Assembly (NCBI GenBank): GCA_964618315.1
Contig: CAZTWQ010000001.1
Location: 6,877-70,876, forward strand
Source of the DNA: an uncultured Methanosarcinales archaeon
Lineage (GTDB): Archaea > Nanobdellota > Nanobdellia > Woesearchaeales > JACPBV01
DNA length: 64,000 bases
Direction of reading: 5' to 3'
Part shown: piece by piece, positions 1 to 8,039 of the stretch
Position numbering within the stretch: position 1 is the stretch's first letter
How the letters are laid out: each line of letters opens with the position of its first letter
Made by a program: the position numbers and the translations under genes
The notes under the pieces: model-generated
The model's database searches: none
What the model was told of the DNA's origin: nothing
The model's input: only the letters and a program-made list of their open reading frames with translations

Positions 1-62
1 ATAAATGTTTTGTTTAATGGGCTAATATTTAAGAATATTAGAATAAAATAGAGAAAGAGAAT

Positions 63-1001
63 CTATTCGTCATCCATACAGCCACAAACAGGCAGTTCAT
101 TGTTTATATATTCATAAACATTGTATGCTGCCTTTACCCCCTCTGCAACACCAGTTATTGCTTGTTTGAATTTAGAATTGGTAATATCCCCTGCTGCATA
201 AACCCCATTTAGGTTTGTTGCAGAATCGTCATTTGTGATTATGTATCCTTTTTTGTCAATACTTACACCAATCTGCTTTGCTAGATCTGAAATAGGGGTG
301 TGACCTATCGCAACAAAGACTGCATCTAGTTTTAGTTCTTTAGACCCGTTGTATTCTTTATCTAAAGTAACTGAATTTACGAACTTGTCACCTTTTATTT
401 CAATGATGTTTGTGTTGTTGATTATTTGTATTTTTTTATTTTCTTGAACTCTTTTAAGGTTGATTGGTTCTGCACGAATCTTTTCATTTCTGTAGATAAT
501 GTATACTTGAGTCCCATATTTGGATAATAATAAAGATTCTTTTGCTGCTGAATCTGAACCACCAACTATTGCAAGGACTTTATCTTTGTAGACTGGGGCG
601 TCACATAGTGCACAGTAATGTACCCCTTTGTTTTCAAACTCTTTTTCTCCAGGAACATTTAGTTTTTTCCATTCTGTTCCTGTTGCAAAGATTATTGTTT
701 TTGTTTGTAATGTTTTGTCTTTGGTTTTTACTTTGAAACAGCCGTCTTTGCATTTCTCTACATTATTTACTTTTTTTTGTATGATTTCAATATCATAGTC
801 TTGGGCGTGTTCCTGCACTTTATCAAAAAGATCCATACCAGAAATCTGTTTAAAGCCAGGGTAATTAGCGATGTCATCTGTTAAGATTATTGTACCACCT
901 ACTTTTTCCCCAACAACTGCAGTTTTAAGCTGGAATCTACCACAATATATTGCTGCACCTAATCCAGCTATCCCTCCACCCACTATAATTACATCATACA
1001 T
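63..1001 (-). CDS. trxB: NADPH-dependent thioredoxin reductase
   Basis: N-terminal FAD motif VIIVGGGIAGLGAA, redox-active CALC dithiol and a second GGSDSA NAD(P)-binding motif; 312 aa fits TrxR. Confidence 0.85.
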   Translation of the reverse strand: MYDVIIVGGGIAGLGAAIYCGRFQLKTAVVGEKVGGTIILTDDIANYPGFKQISGMDLFDKVQEHAQDYDIEIIQKKVNNVEKCKDGCFKVKTKDKTLQTKTIIFATGTEWKKLNVPGEKEFENKGVHYCALCDAPVYKDKVLAIVGGSDSAAKESLLLSKYGTQVYIIYRNEKIRAEPINLKRVQENKKIQIINNTNIIEIKGDKFVNSVTLDKEYNGSKELKLDAVFVAIGHTPISDLAKQIGVSIDKKGYIITNDDSATNLNGVYAAGDITNSKFKQAITGVAEGVKAAYNVYEYINNELPVCGCMDDE

Positions 1002-1023
1002 CTTTATTTTAATCCTAGTCTTT

Positions 1024-1266
1024 CTATTCCTTTAGTCCTAATGCTGCTGTTATTGCTTCAACATCAAATCCAACTATTGCATCATGACCTTCTATAGATA
1101 TAACTGGTACGCCTGATTGTCCAGATTCTTCAATCATCTTATTTCTTGCTTCTTCGTCTTCTGCTACGTTCTTGTCTTCAAACTCTATCTTCTTTTCTTT
1201 TAGAAAATCTTTTGCTTTGTGGCACCAAGGACAAGTTGATGTTGAATAAACTGTTACTTTTACCAT
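1024..1266 (-). CDS. glutaredoxin/NrdH-like small thioredoxin-fold protein
   Basis: 80 aa with a CPWC active-site motif and a Grx-like C-terminal GVPV motif; lies immediately downstream of trxB on the same strand. Confidence 0.7.
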   Translation of the reverse strand: MVKVTVYSTSTCPWCHKAKDFLKEKKIEFEDKNVAEDEEARNKMIEESGQSGVPVISIEGHDAIVGFDVEAITAALGLKE

Positions 1267-1338
1267 TTTTACATACCTCCTATTTAGTCTTAGTTTATAT
1301 TCTAGGTTTATATACTTTTCTACTTAGTATTATTAGTC

Positions 1339-1458
1339 TTATTTGTCTGAGTCTTTAGCGCATTTAAGACAATAATACATAGTATCTGAATCATGGTTTT
1401 CTAATTTCTCTCCGCATAATTCACATGCGTTTTTTGTTTTTGAATGTTTATCTGTCAT
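1339..1458 (-). CDS. small zinc-ribbon protein (two CxxC pairs), 39 aa
   Basis: Hand-translated ORF MTDKHSKTKNACELCGEKLENHDSDTMYYCLKCAKDSDK; absent from the ORF track because it is under 60 aa. The CxxC...CxxC spacing is typical of a zinc ribbon. Confidence 0.4.
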   Translation of the reverse strand: MTDKHSKTKNACELCGEKLENHDSDTMYYCLKCAKDSDK

Positions 1459-1483
1459 GTTTATTACCCCTCCTATAATTTGT

Positions 1484-1621
1484 TTATTCAAGATGCTTCC
1501 CACAACATTTGCATTTGAAAGAAAGCTGGCTATCTAATTGGCCTACATCACCGTAAGCTTCTGTTTGTTGTTCATTATCAGCTAAGTCGCATACTGTTCC
1601 GCAATCACATTTAAATTCCAT
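1484..1621 (-). CDS. small Cys-rich protein (7 Cys), 45 aa
   Basis: Hand-translated ORF MEFKCDCGTVCDLADNEQQTEAYGDVGQLDSQLSFKCKCCGKHLE, co-oriented with the redox cluster. Confidence 0.35.
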   Translation of the reverse strand: MEFKCDCGTVCDLADNEQQTEAYGDVGQLDSQLSFKCKCCGKHLE

Positions 1622-2059
1622 TTTTTAAAAACACTCTGTTTTTTAAACTTTTAGAAAAGCTTTGCTTTTCTAAACGGTTGAGGAACTTTGTTCCTAAAAC
1701 CGACAAAAATCTTTAAGATTTCTGTAGTTTTATTGCCTCATATTATTTTTTATAATGATTAATGAATATGATAAGATTAGTAAAAAGAAAAAAAGAAAAA
1801 ATATGTTTGTTTAGAATGTTATCCACATCCGCCGCAACCGTCTCCAATCATGGTAAATCACCTCTGTTTGTTTTTATAATGCTTAGCAAACAGACAAAGA
1901 AAAGGGGTTAATTTGCCTGTTTACCTAATGATATATAAGTTAACAAACTATAACAAATCTCTGTTAAACAATTAAATAAAAAGTTTAATAGTTAAATAAA
2001 TAAAAATAAAATAGACTGGACTAAACAGCCCTGCCCATTATACTAAAAACAGATCTGAT

Positions 2060-2578
2060 CTATTTTAATCGCTCTTCTGAAAGATGAAGATGGTCTGTTT
2101 CTACCTCTACAAAAGCTTTGAAAATCTCTTTAACACGTTCGTTTTCTGATTCTTCTGCTGCTTTTTTGTAGAATTCAATTGCTCTAGTCTCCCTTGCATG
2201 AGAATCTTCCAAATCTGCCTTATAGTCAGGTGAGCAAGTGTCATCTGCTTCTGGAACATCATCTAGTTTTAGTATCTTTTTCCATACAGAAGCATGTTCT
2301 GCTTCTACTTTGCCTAAAGCTTTGAATAGTTTTTGACCTTCTAGTTCTTTTACTTGTTTTGCTGCACAGAAATAGAATGCTACATTGCTTACTTCTACTT
2401 GTAAAGCGTGTTCTGCATTTGCTTTGTCTTTTTCGTTTAATTCTACATCAAATTCTGCTTTTGCTTCATTGAATTCTTTGATGTATTTTTGTTTTGCCCC
2501 ACAAAAAGGACAGTTTGATGGAGCTTCATCCCCGATATATGGGTCTCCACAAATTTCACAACGCCATAGTTTTACCAT
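2060..2578 (-). CDS. reverse rubrerythrin (N-terminal rubredoxin-like domain plus ferritin-like diiron domain)
   Basis: N-terminal CxxC...CPFC rubredoxin-like motif followed by E..E..H diiron motifs (AEHAL, VEAEHA, VETDH). Confidence 0.8.
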   Translation of the reverse strand: MVKLWRCEICGDPYIGDEAPSNCPFCGAKQKYIKEFNEAKAEFDVELNEKDKANAEHALQVEVSNVAFYFCAAKQVKELEGQKLFKALGKVEAEHASVWKKILKLDDVPEADDTCSPDYKADLEDSHARETRAIEFYKKAAEESENERVKEIFKAFVEVETDHLHLSEERLK

Positions 2579-2646
2579 TTTAAGTACCTCCTTAAAAGAA
2601 TGATTTAGGTAATAGGGTATTTTTTAAATAGTTTATTATTAATAAT

Positions 2647-2913
2647 CTACTTTTTAACAAATAAACCGCACCAACACATCCCCTTATTTTTCCATGTGTC
2701 TTGTGCTTTAAAATTGCAAGGGCAGATTAGTTCTAAATCTCTTTGTCTAGTGTTGTCCTTTAATCTGCATGGGCAAAGTTTTAGTTTGTGTTTTTCTTCA
2801 TTTGCTAAAACTCCTTTTATGACCATATCAACATGTTCTTTATCTGGATTTAGCTGAAAATCATTATTGTTTGTGAAGTTTTCCCATGCTTGCCTTAATT
2901 GATCTGGATTCAT
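2647..2913 (-). CDS. ferredoxin:thioredoxin reductase catalytic-subunit-like protein
   Basis: A CPC...CPC...CWC motif arrangement matches the FTR catalytic-chain pattern CPCx(n)CPCx(n)CHC. Confidence 0.6.
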   Translation of the reverse strand: MNPDQLRQAWENFTNNNDFQLNPDKEHVDMVIKGVLANEEKHKLKLCPCRLKDNTRQRDLELICPCNFKAQDTWKNKGMCWCGLFVKK

Positions 2914-3125
2914 AGTTCCATCACGTTCTTTGCTTCTTCTTTGTCAATTTCAACATAAACATTCTTTTGTTGACATGTTGGACATATCTCTGGTCCAGAA
3001 TTACCATAATGGATGTCGTTGCAAACTGTGCATCTAAAAAATCTCTTTCCCACTTCAGAAACACCTGCCACAATTAACGCATGGAGTGCACCTTCTGGAG
3101 TCAGGAGATTCATACTTAACTTCAT
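2910..3125 (-). CDS. rubredoxin-like zinc-ribbon domain protein, apparently split from the FTR-like gene
   Basis: C-terminal CTVC...CPTC motif; its stop overlaps the start of the FTR-like gene by 4 nt (ATGA). Confidence 0.45.
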   Translation of the reverse strand: MKLSMNLLTPEGALHALIVAGVSEVGKRFFRCTVCNDIHYGNSGPEICPTCQQKNVYVEIDKEEAKNVMEL

Positions 3126-3157
3126 TATTGTATTCTGTGTTTGTTTGATAATCCATT

Positions 3158-3562
3158 TTATTGACTAATCCATAATCCATGTACATTGCATAATGCTCTT
3201 GCAGTAATCTTAGTGTTTTCAGCTCCTTTTAGTTCCCACTCTGCTTCGGGTTTTTCTCCTGGACTTGGCCTATATCCAGCTAAAACATCCCCATCCCCTA
3301 ATACTTGTATTAGTTCTATATAGTGGTTTTCTTCCATAGGGTGTGGGATAGATCCAACTTTGACTTTGACTTTGTCACCATTTACTTCTACTACAGGAAC
3401 ATGTTTTTCTTTTCCTTCTTCAGTCCCTGTTTTTGGTTCCATTAATTTCATTGGTTGTCCGCAACAAATTAATTCACCGGACCCTGCATCTAAAACTGAA
3501 ACAACATTACCACATAATTCACATTTATAAATTGCATTTTGTTCTGCCATCTTAACCCCCAT
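3158..3562 (-). CDS. dfx: desulfoferrodoxin (2Fe superoxide reductase)
   Basis: N-terminal desulforedoxin motif CELCGN...CCGQPM followed by an SOR domain with KHVPVV and His ligands. Confidence 0.8.
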   Translation of the reverse strand: MGVKMAEQNAIYKCELCGNVVSVLDAGSGELICCGQPMKLMEPKTGTEEGKEKHVPVVEVNGDKVKVKVGSIPHPMEENHYIELIQVLGDGDVLAGYRPSPGEKPEAEWELKGAENTKITARALCNVHGLWISQ

Positions 3563-4046
3563 CCAAACCCCATTCTTCCTCTTCTGAGAAGAAAGAAACT
3601 GGGTCTTTAATATAATCTAATGCTTTTTGTATTAGTTCATAATGGGCATTTTCCTGTTCCATCAAGAAAATGAAAAAGCCCTTTAATTCTTCATTATCTG
3701 TTTTTTCTGATTGTTCCTTATAGAAGTTATAAGCACTTTGTTCCATCTCCATAGCAACTTCATGTGCTTTTATGTCGTTATCACTTAATTCTGTTTTTTC
3801 TTTGAACTCAGATACTGTTGATGTAAAGAATTGTTTAGTATCTGCTAATTTGTCCCCATTTAGTTCTACCGCCCCTTGTTCCATGTATTTTTTAATCTCA
3901 TCTATATGGTTGACTTCTTGTTCTGCTAAATAATTAAATGTCTTTTTTACTATGGGATTTTGTGTTTTTTCTGACGTTTCTTTGTAGATATCGTGACCTT
4001 TTTGTTCGTTATCTAATGCTATTTGCAATGCTTCTTTTAGTTCCAT
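3552..4046 (-). CDS. ferritin-like diiron protein (rubrerythrin family, no rubredoxin domain)
   Basis: Repeated E..E..H motifs (AEQEVNH, MEMEQSAY, MEQENAHYE) in a four-helix-bundle-like 164-aa protein. Confidence 0.6.
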   Translation of the reverse strand: MELKEALQIALDNEQKGHDIYKETSEKTQNPIVKKTFNYLAEQEVNHIDEIKKYMEQGAVELNGDKLADTKQFFTSTVSEFKEKTELSDNDIKAHEVAMEMEQSAYNFYKEQSEKTDNEELKGFFIFLMEQENAHYELIQKALDYIKDPVSFFSEEEEWGLDGG

Positions 4047-4050
4047 TTTA

Positions 4051-4170
4051 TCATACCTCCTTTTTAGTCTCTTCTAGTTCATCATGACATTCGCATGAAC
4101 TGTCCTTGCACCCACATACCTTACAAACTCGCTTATCGCCAAAATCAAAACATTCTTTTTTTGTTTCCAT
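4051..4170 (-). CDS. small Cys-rich peptide (39 aa)
   Basis: Hand-translated METKKECFDFGDKRVCKVCGCKDSSCECHDELEETKKGV; under 60 aa and not in the ORF track. Confidence 0.3.
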   Translation of the reverse strand: METKKECFDFGDKRVCKVCGCKDSSCECHDELEETKKEV

Positions 4171-4172
4171 TT

Positions 4173-4298
4173 TTATTCTATCAATTCCATGGGCTGACCG
4201 CAACAAACTAATTCTCCACCACCTGCTTTAGTTACAGTAACCTCATTTCCACACATGTTACACTTATATTTTTCACCTTCTTTTTTTACAACTACCAT
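4173..4298 (-). CDS. dsr: desulforedoxin (41 aa)
   Basis: Hand-translated [41 protein letters not shown]. The CxxC...CC spacing and the GQPM motif match desulforedoxin and the Dfx N-domain. Confidence 0.6.
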   Translation of the reverse strand: MVVVKKEGEKYKCNMCGNEVTVTKAGGGELVCCGQPMELIE

Positions 4299-4308
4299 AA
4301 AAAACACC

Positions 4309-4809
4309 TCATTCTATCTTTTTGAATTGTTCTTTGTTTGCACTACATACCGGACAAGTATCTGGTGCTTCGCCTTCTACTGTATGGCCGCAGATTTGAC
4401 AAACATAAATGTCTTTTTCTTCTAAATCTTTTTCTTGTTTTACTGATTCTAGTGCTTTTTGATATAATCCAGCATGAGTTTTCTCAACAGTATTAGCTTT
4501 ACTGAAACTGATCTTTGCTGCCTGGTTCCCCTCTGATTCTGCTTCTTCAATCATTTTTGGATACATCTCAGTAAATTCATGAGTTTCTCCGTCTATCGCT
4601 TCCTGCAGGTTTTCTGCAGTTGTTTTAATCCCATCTAAAACCTTTAAATGGTTATGTGCATGAACTGTTTCTGCATCTGCTGCTGCTCTAAATAATTTAG
4701 CTACTTGTTTAAGGTCTTCTTGGTCTGCTTTTTTTGCAAAAGCAAGGTATTTTCTATTTGCCTGACTTTCTCCTGCGAAAGCTGATTTTAGATTATCTTC
4801 TGTAGTCAT
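4309..4809 (-). CDS. rbr: rubrerythrin
   Basis: N-terminal ferritin-like diiron motifs plus a C-terminal rubredoxin-like CQICGH...CPVCS motif. Confidence 0.85.
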   Translation of the reverse strand: MTTEDNLKSAFAGESQANRKYLAFAKKADQEDLKQVAKLFRAAADAETVHAHNHLKVLDGIKTTAENLQEAIDGETHEFTEMYPKMIEEAESEGNQAAKISFSKANTVEKTHAGLYQKALESVKQEKDLEEKDIYVCQICGHTVEGEAPDTCPVCSANKEQFKKIE

Positions 4810-4863
4810 TTTTTATCATCCCCCTATTAGTTTGTTTGTTTTTATTATTTTTATATTTTTCCA

Positions 4864-5034
4864 TTATTTAAGTTTTAGTATCTTTGGTTTGCAGATTAAT
4901 GTTTTTTCTGTTGTTATTAGACCGCAATCCTGGCAAATGTAGATTTGTTTAGTGTTATTTGTTTTAGGGTTGCATAAGTGGCCTGTGTTTGGTGTTTTGT
5001 AACCACATGTTTTGCATATGTGCTTATTTTCCAT
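4864..5034 (-). CDS. small zinc-ribbon protein (56 aa)
   Basis: Hand-translated MENKHICKTCGYKTPNTGHLCNPKTNNTKQIYICQDCGLITTEKTLICKPKILKLK. Confidence 0.4.
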   Translation of the reverse strand: MENKHICKTCGYKTPNTGHLCNPKTNNTKQIYICQDCGLITTEKTLICKPKILKLK

Positions 5035-5174
5035 TTTACTTATTGATACTAAGGGGATAATAATAAATTAGCCCTTATATATTAAACAAAAAGTTTATAT
5101 ATTAAATAGATATTTACTTTATACTAGTAAATTATTATTTTATGTAATTTCAGAGAGAATTTCAACAACAAAGG

Positions 5175-5864
5175 TTGTTGAAATGGGTTGTTTTAAAGGA
5201 AAATAAGCGAGGTTGGTTTTATATGACACATACTGTAATAGCGGCTGTTGGAGAGAATATGGATTCATTATTTGTTGGAATACGGGAGTTTCCTACTAAA
5301 CGGATTATTTTGATATCTCCGGATGATAACTTAGAATTGGCTGAGAAAACAAAGAAAGATCTTGAAAAGTTTAAGATTCCAGTGGTTATAAAGAAAGTTT
5401 CTGGAAATCCGTGGGAGGCTATGTTTGAGGCTGTAAAGCAGATAAAGGAAGAAGAAGGTGATGATAAACAGCTTATAATAAATGCTGCTTCAGGTGATGC
5501 TGGTGCTAATAAATGCGCCCTTTGTTCTGCTGCATTTGTCAATGGGTTAAAGGCATTTACTGTACATAAAGATAATGTTATGTTAATGCCAATATTGAAG
5601 TTTTCTTATTATAAGATATTAACTGATAAGAAAATGGATATATTGAAGTTTTTGCATAAGAACAAAGATTGCTGTGCTTCTCTGGATGAATTGGGCAAGA
5701 AGTTGAAGATGAGTTTGCCTCTTGTCTCTTATCATATAAACGGCAATCTCAAGTCTGAGGGGCTTAAGGAGATGGGTCTAGTTATGGCTGATGAATGGAA
5801 AGGGAAGATAAAGATTAGTTTGACATTACTTGGTAAGCTGCTTGTTAAAGGGTATGTTAAGTAG
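5175..5864 (+). CDS. putative transcriptional regulator with a Rossmann-like (CARF/Csa3-like) N-domain and a C-terminal winged HTH
   Basis: The N-terminus (VIAAVGENMDSLFVGIREFPTKRIILISPDD) looks like a ligand-binding Rossmann domain; the C-terminus (LKFLHKNKDCCASLDELGKKLKMSLPLVSYHINGNLKSEGL) looks like a wHTH. The real start may be Met16, near position 5220. Confidence 0.4.
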   Translation: MLKWVVLKENKRGWFYMTHTVIAAVGENMDSLFVGIREFPTKRIILISPDDNLELAEKTKKDLEKFKIPVVIKKVSGNPWEAMFEAVKQIKEEEGDDKQLIINAASGDAGANKCALCSAAFVNGLKAFTVHKDNVMLMPILKFSYYKILTDKKMDILKFLHKNKDCCASLDELGKKLKMSLPLVSYHINGNLKSEGLKEMGLVMADEWKGKIKISLTLLGKLLVKGYVK

Positions 5865-5976
5865 GGGTGGATATAGACTTTCCCTGTCTAAATAAGATTA
5901 AATAGTTTTTATTTATTACTCTTAAATAGTTAAGTTTTTATACTAAACAAGTATTTCTTTTGAATTAGAATTTAAG

Positions 5977-7116
5977 ATGAATGAAATAGATGATCAAGTC
6001 AGGATAGATATGGGAGAATTAGGGGCAGCAATAGGAGATAGAGTTTTATCTAGTCGTTGGATTGATAATCCAGACGAAGTAGATGGACATGAAGAATTCT
6101 TAGTTGGACTTGAAAGGAAGTTAGATGCTTTAACTGATGATAGGTTAAGGGGTAATATGGGGTGTGCTTCAAATAAATCTAAAAGGCCATATGATAGATT
6201 GAGAGAAAGGAAAGATCACCATTCTAAACATACTAACTATCCTATCCCTAGTCAAAGATTAACAGACCGTGTTCCTGAACATCTTATCCCTTATATAGGG
6301 GATAGAAGGGGTTTGATTGTTCGATTAACTTTAGTAAATAAGAAACAAGTTTATGCTGCTGAAAGAGATATAAATGCTGGCAGAACTGATGTTTTTGATT
6401 ATAAGTTTACAAAGGGAACTAAGAGAGAAAGGCAAGCCCTTTTAGATGTTCAAAAGGAACGGACTTTATCATATGGGGGGGTCGAGAATAAAAGAGTAGT
6501 TCTTACAAGAGAAGATGCACTACGAGCTATAGAGGGAGTTTATCAAGGATACCACAATCATACTGATTTTATATTTCATCCACAGGCAATAAGATATAAG
6601 AAACACTTAAAAGCTGCACAGGTTGCACGAGAATGTGAGACTATTGATGGAATAGCTGATGATATTTCTAAAGGGATTATTTATGATGAAACTAAACTTG
6701 TTATTTTAAGTACTAAAGAAGCAGTATTGCATGCGCTTGAATATGCTAATAATGATGTATACTTTGATACAGATAAAGTTGAATTCGAAAGTGTGTATTG
6801 GACTGAAGGTTATGTTAATGAGTTAACAACCAAAGTTCATGAACAAATGTGTGAACGTGAAGGAATTGTCGCAGACAATCCTAACGATTCAGAAGAAACC
6901 TCAAGACGTGATGAAAAATCAGATGGGATAAGGTCTGAAGGTTATAAGGGAATGCAAACGCTGAGGGATTGTCCTGCAGATTCCAGTAATGGGATGGATC
7001 ACTTAATGGTCCCTGAAATGCAGCCACATAAACAGAGACTTTTAAGAATGAGGGGGGGATATCATATAACTCTGACTGCGATGAATGGGGGGGATTTTAG
7101 TAGATTGAATCGATAA
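5977..7116 (+). CDS. hypothetical protein (ORFan) with atypical composition
   Basis: 379-aa ORF in a region visibly more GC-rich than its neighbours; rich in Arg, Asp and Gly; no recognisable motif. Confidence 0.5.
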   Translation: MNEIDDQVRIDMGELGAAIGDRVLSSRWIDNPDEVDGHEEFLVGLERKLDALTDDRLRGNMGCASNKSKRPYDRLRERKDHHSKHTNYPIPSQRLTDRVPEHLIPYIGDRRGLIVRLTLVNKKQVYAAERDINAGRTDVFDYKFTKGTKRERQALLDVQKERTLSYGGVENKRVVLTREDALRAIEGVYQGYHNHTDFIFHPQAIRYKKHLKAAQVARECETIDGIADDISKGIIYDETKLVILSTKEAVLHALEYANNDVYFDTDKVEFESVYWTEGYVNELTTKVHEQMCEREGIVADNPNDSEETSRRDEKSDGIRSEGYKGMQTLRDCPADSSNGMDHLMVPEMQPHKQRLLRMRGGYHITLTAMNGGDFSRLNR

Positions 7117-7272
7117 GATTCGTTCTTTTTCATTAAAAAAACTTTTTTTCTAGAAATAGTTTAGGTAATGTGTGTTAGTTTCTCCTACCTAGGGAATCCC
7201 CATGAAAACCATAAAGTTTATATATAAGTCTATATATATTATTATATAAATTCATATAAATAGGTGATTTAA

Positions 7273-7536
7273 ATGCAAGAGTTAGAAATTATACATTATC
7301 CAAACTTAAAAACTGTATTGATGGTAGAAGATGTTCTAAAGAAAGCTAATAATCTTATGACAAGAGAAGGACTAAAGAAAAAATTACCTAATAAAGTAAT
7401 GCACCAAACTTTGAATGTTATACTTAAATATTTAGAAAATAGTGGAAAAATATTAGATGGAAGAAAGGGAATATTATGGACATATAATCCAAGCCCTAAA
7501 TTAGATAAAGCAATAAAAGATGGGGTTGAATTATAA
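7273..7536 (+). CDS. putative wHTH protein / antitoxin-like partner
   Basis: 87 aa with an HTH-like helix pair and wing; its end overlaps the downstream RelE-like ORF by 17 nt. Confidence 0.35.
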   Translation: MQELEIIHYPNLKTVLMVEDVLKKANNLMTREGLKKKLPNKVMHQTLNVILKYLENSGKILDGRKGILWTYNPSPKLDKAIKDGVEL

Positions 7537-7969
7537 TGCAAGCAAAAATTGTAAATTTTTGGTGCACAAAAAATCAAAAGGTGATTTTTTAGTGTTTAAG
7601 GGTAAACCTACAAAAGTTGTTATTACTGGTAAAGCTAAGGAAGAATTTGATGATTTGAATAAGTTAGTAGGTGAGGAAATTACTAAAGGAATTACAAGCA
7701 GTGATCATCAAACATTACTCAATTCCATAAAGCAGAAAATTGAATTATTGAGGGATAATCCTGAATATGGAATCCATATCTCTAAAGATAGAATCCCTAA
7801 AGAATACATTAGAGATTATGACGTTAATAATTTATGGAAAGTCAATCTTTCTGGGGCTTGGAGAATGGTTTATACTATGAGGGGTAGTGATGTAGAGATT
7901 CTTTCTTTGATATTAGACCTAATGAATCATAAAGACTACAATAAGAAGTTTGGTTATAAAGATAAATAG
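7520..7969 (+). CDS. RelE/ParE-family toxin-like protein with an N-terminal extension
   Basis: The C-terminal segment LWKVNLSGAWRMVYTMRGSDVEILSLILDLMNHKDY resembles the RelE/ParE core; it is coupled to the upstream small ORF. Confidence 0.45.
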   Translation: MGLNYNASKNCKFLVHKKSKGDFLVFKGKPTKVVITGKAKEEFDDLNKLVGEEITKGITSSDHQTLLNSIKQKIELLRDNPEYGIHISKDRIPKEYIRDYDVNNLWKVNLSGAWRMVYTMRGSDVEILSLILDLMNHKDYNKKFGYKDK

Positions 7970-8039
7970 TTTTCTTGGGCCCTTAATATTTAGGAAGTCT
8001 TTTTTGAATTGAATATAAATTAAATAATTATTTCTTGTA

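Noticed and set aside
542-736. Numerous short ORFs from the six-frame track lying antisense or out-of-frame inside well-supported genes (for example 542..736, 1146..1358, 2385..2603, 5219..5542, 8170..8901, 15577..16290, 24088..24563, 28300..29373, 29616..30873, 34866..36167, 54217..54780, 55704..56117, 59110..59922).
   Set aside because: They overlap genes with strong family signatures on the other strand or frame, have low-complexity translations and lack start-site context. I treat them as spurious.
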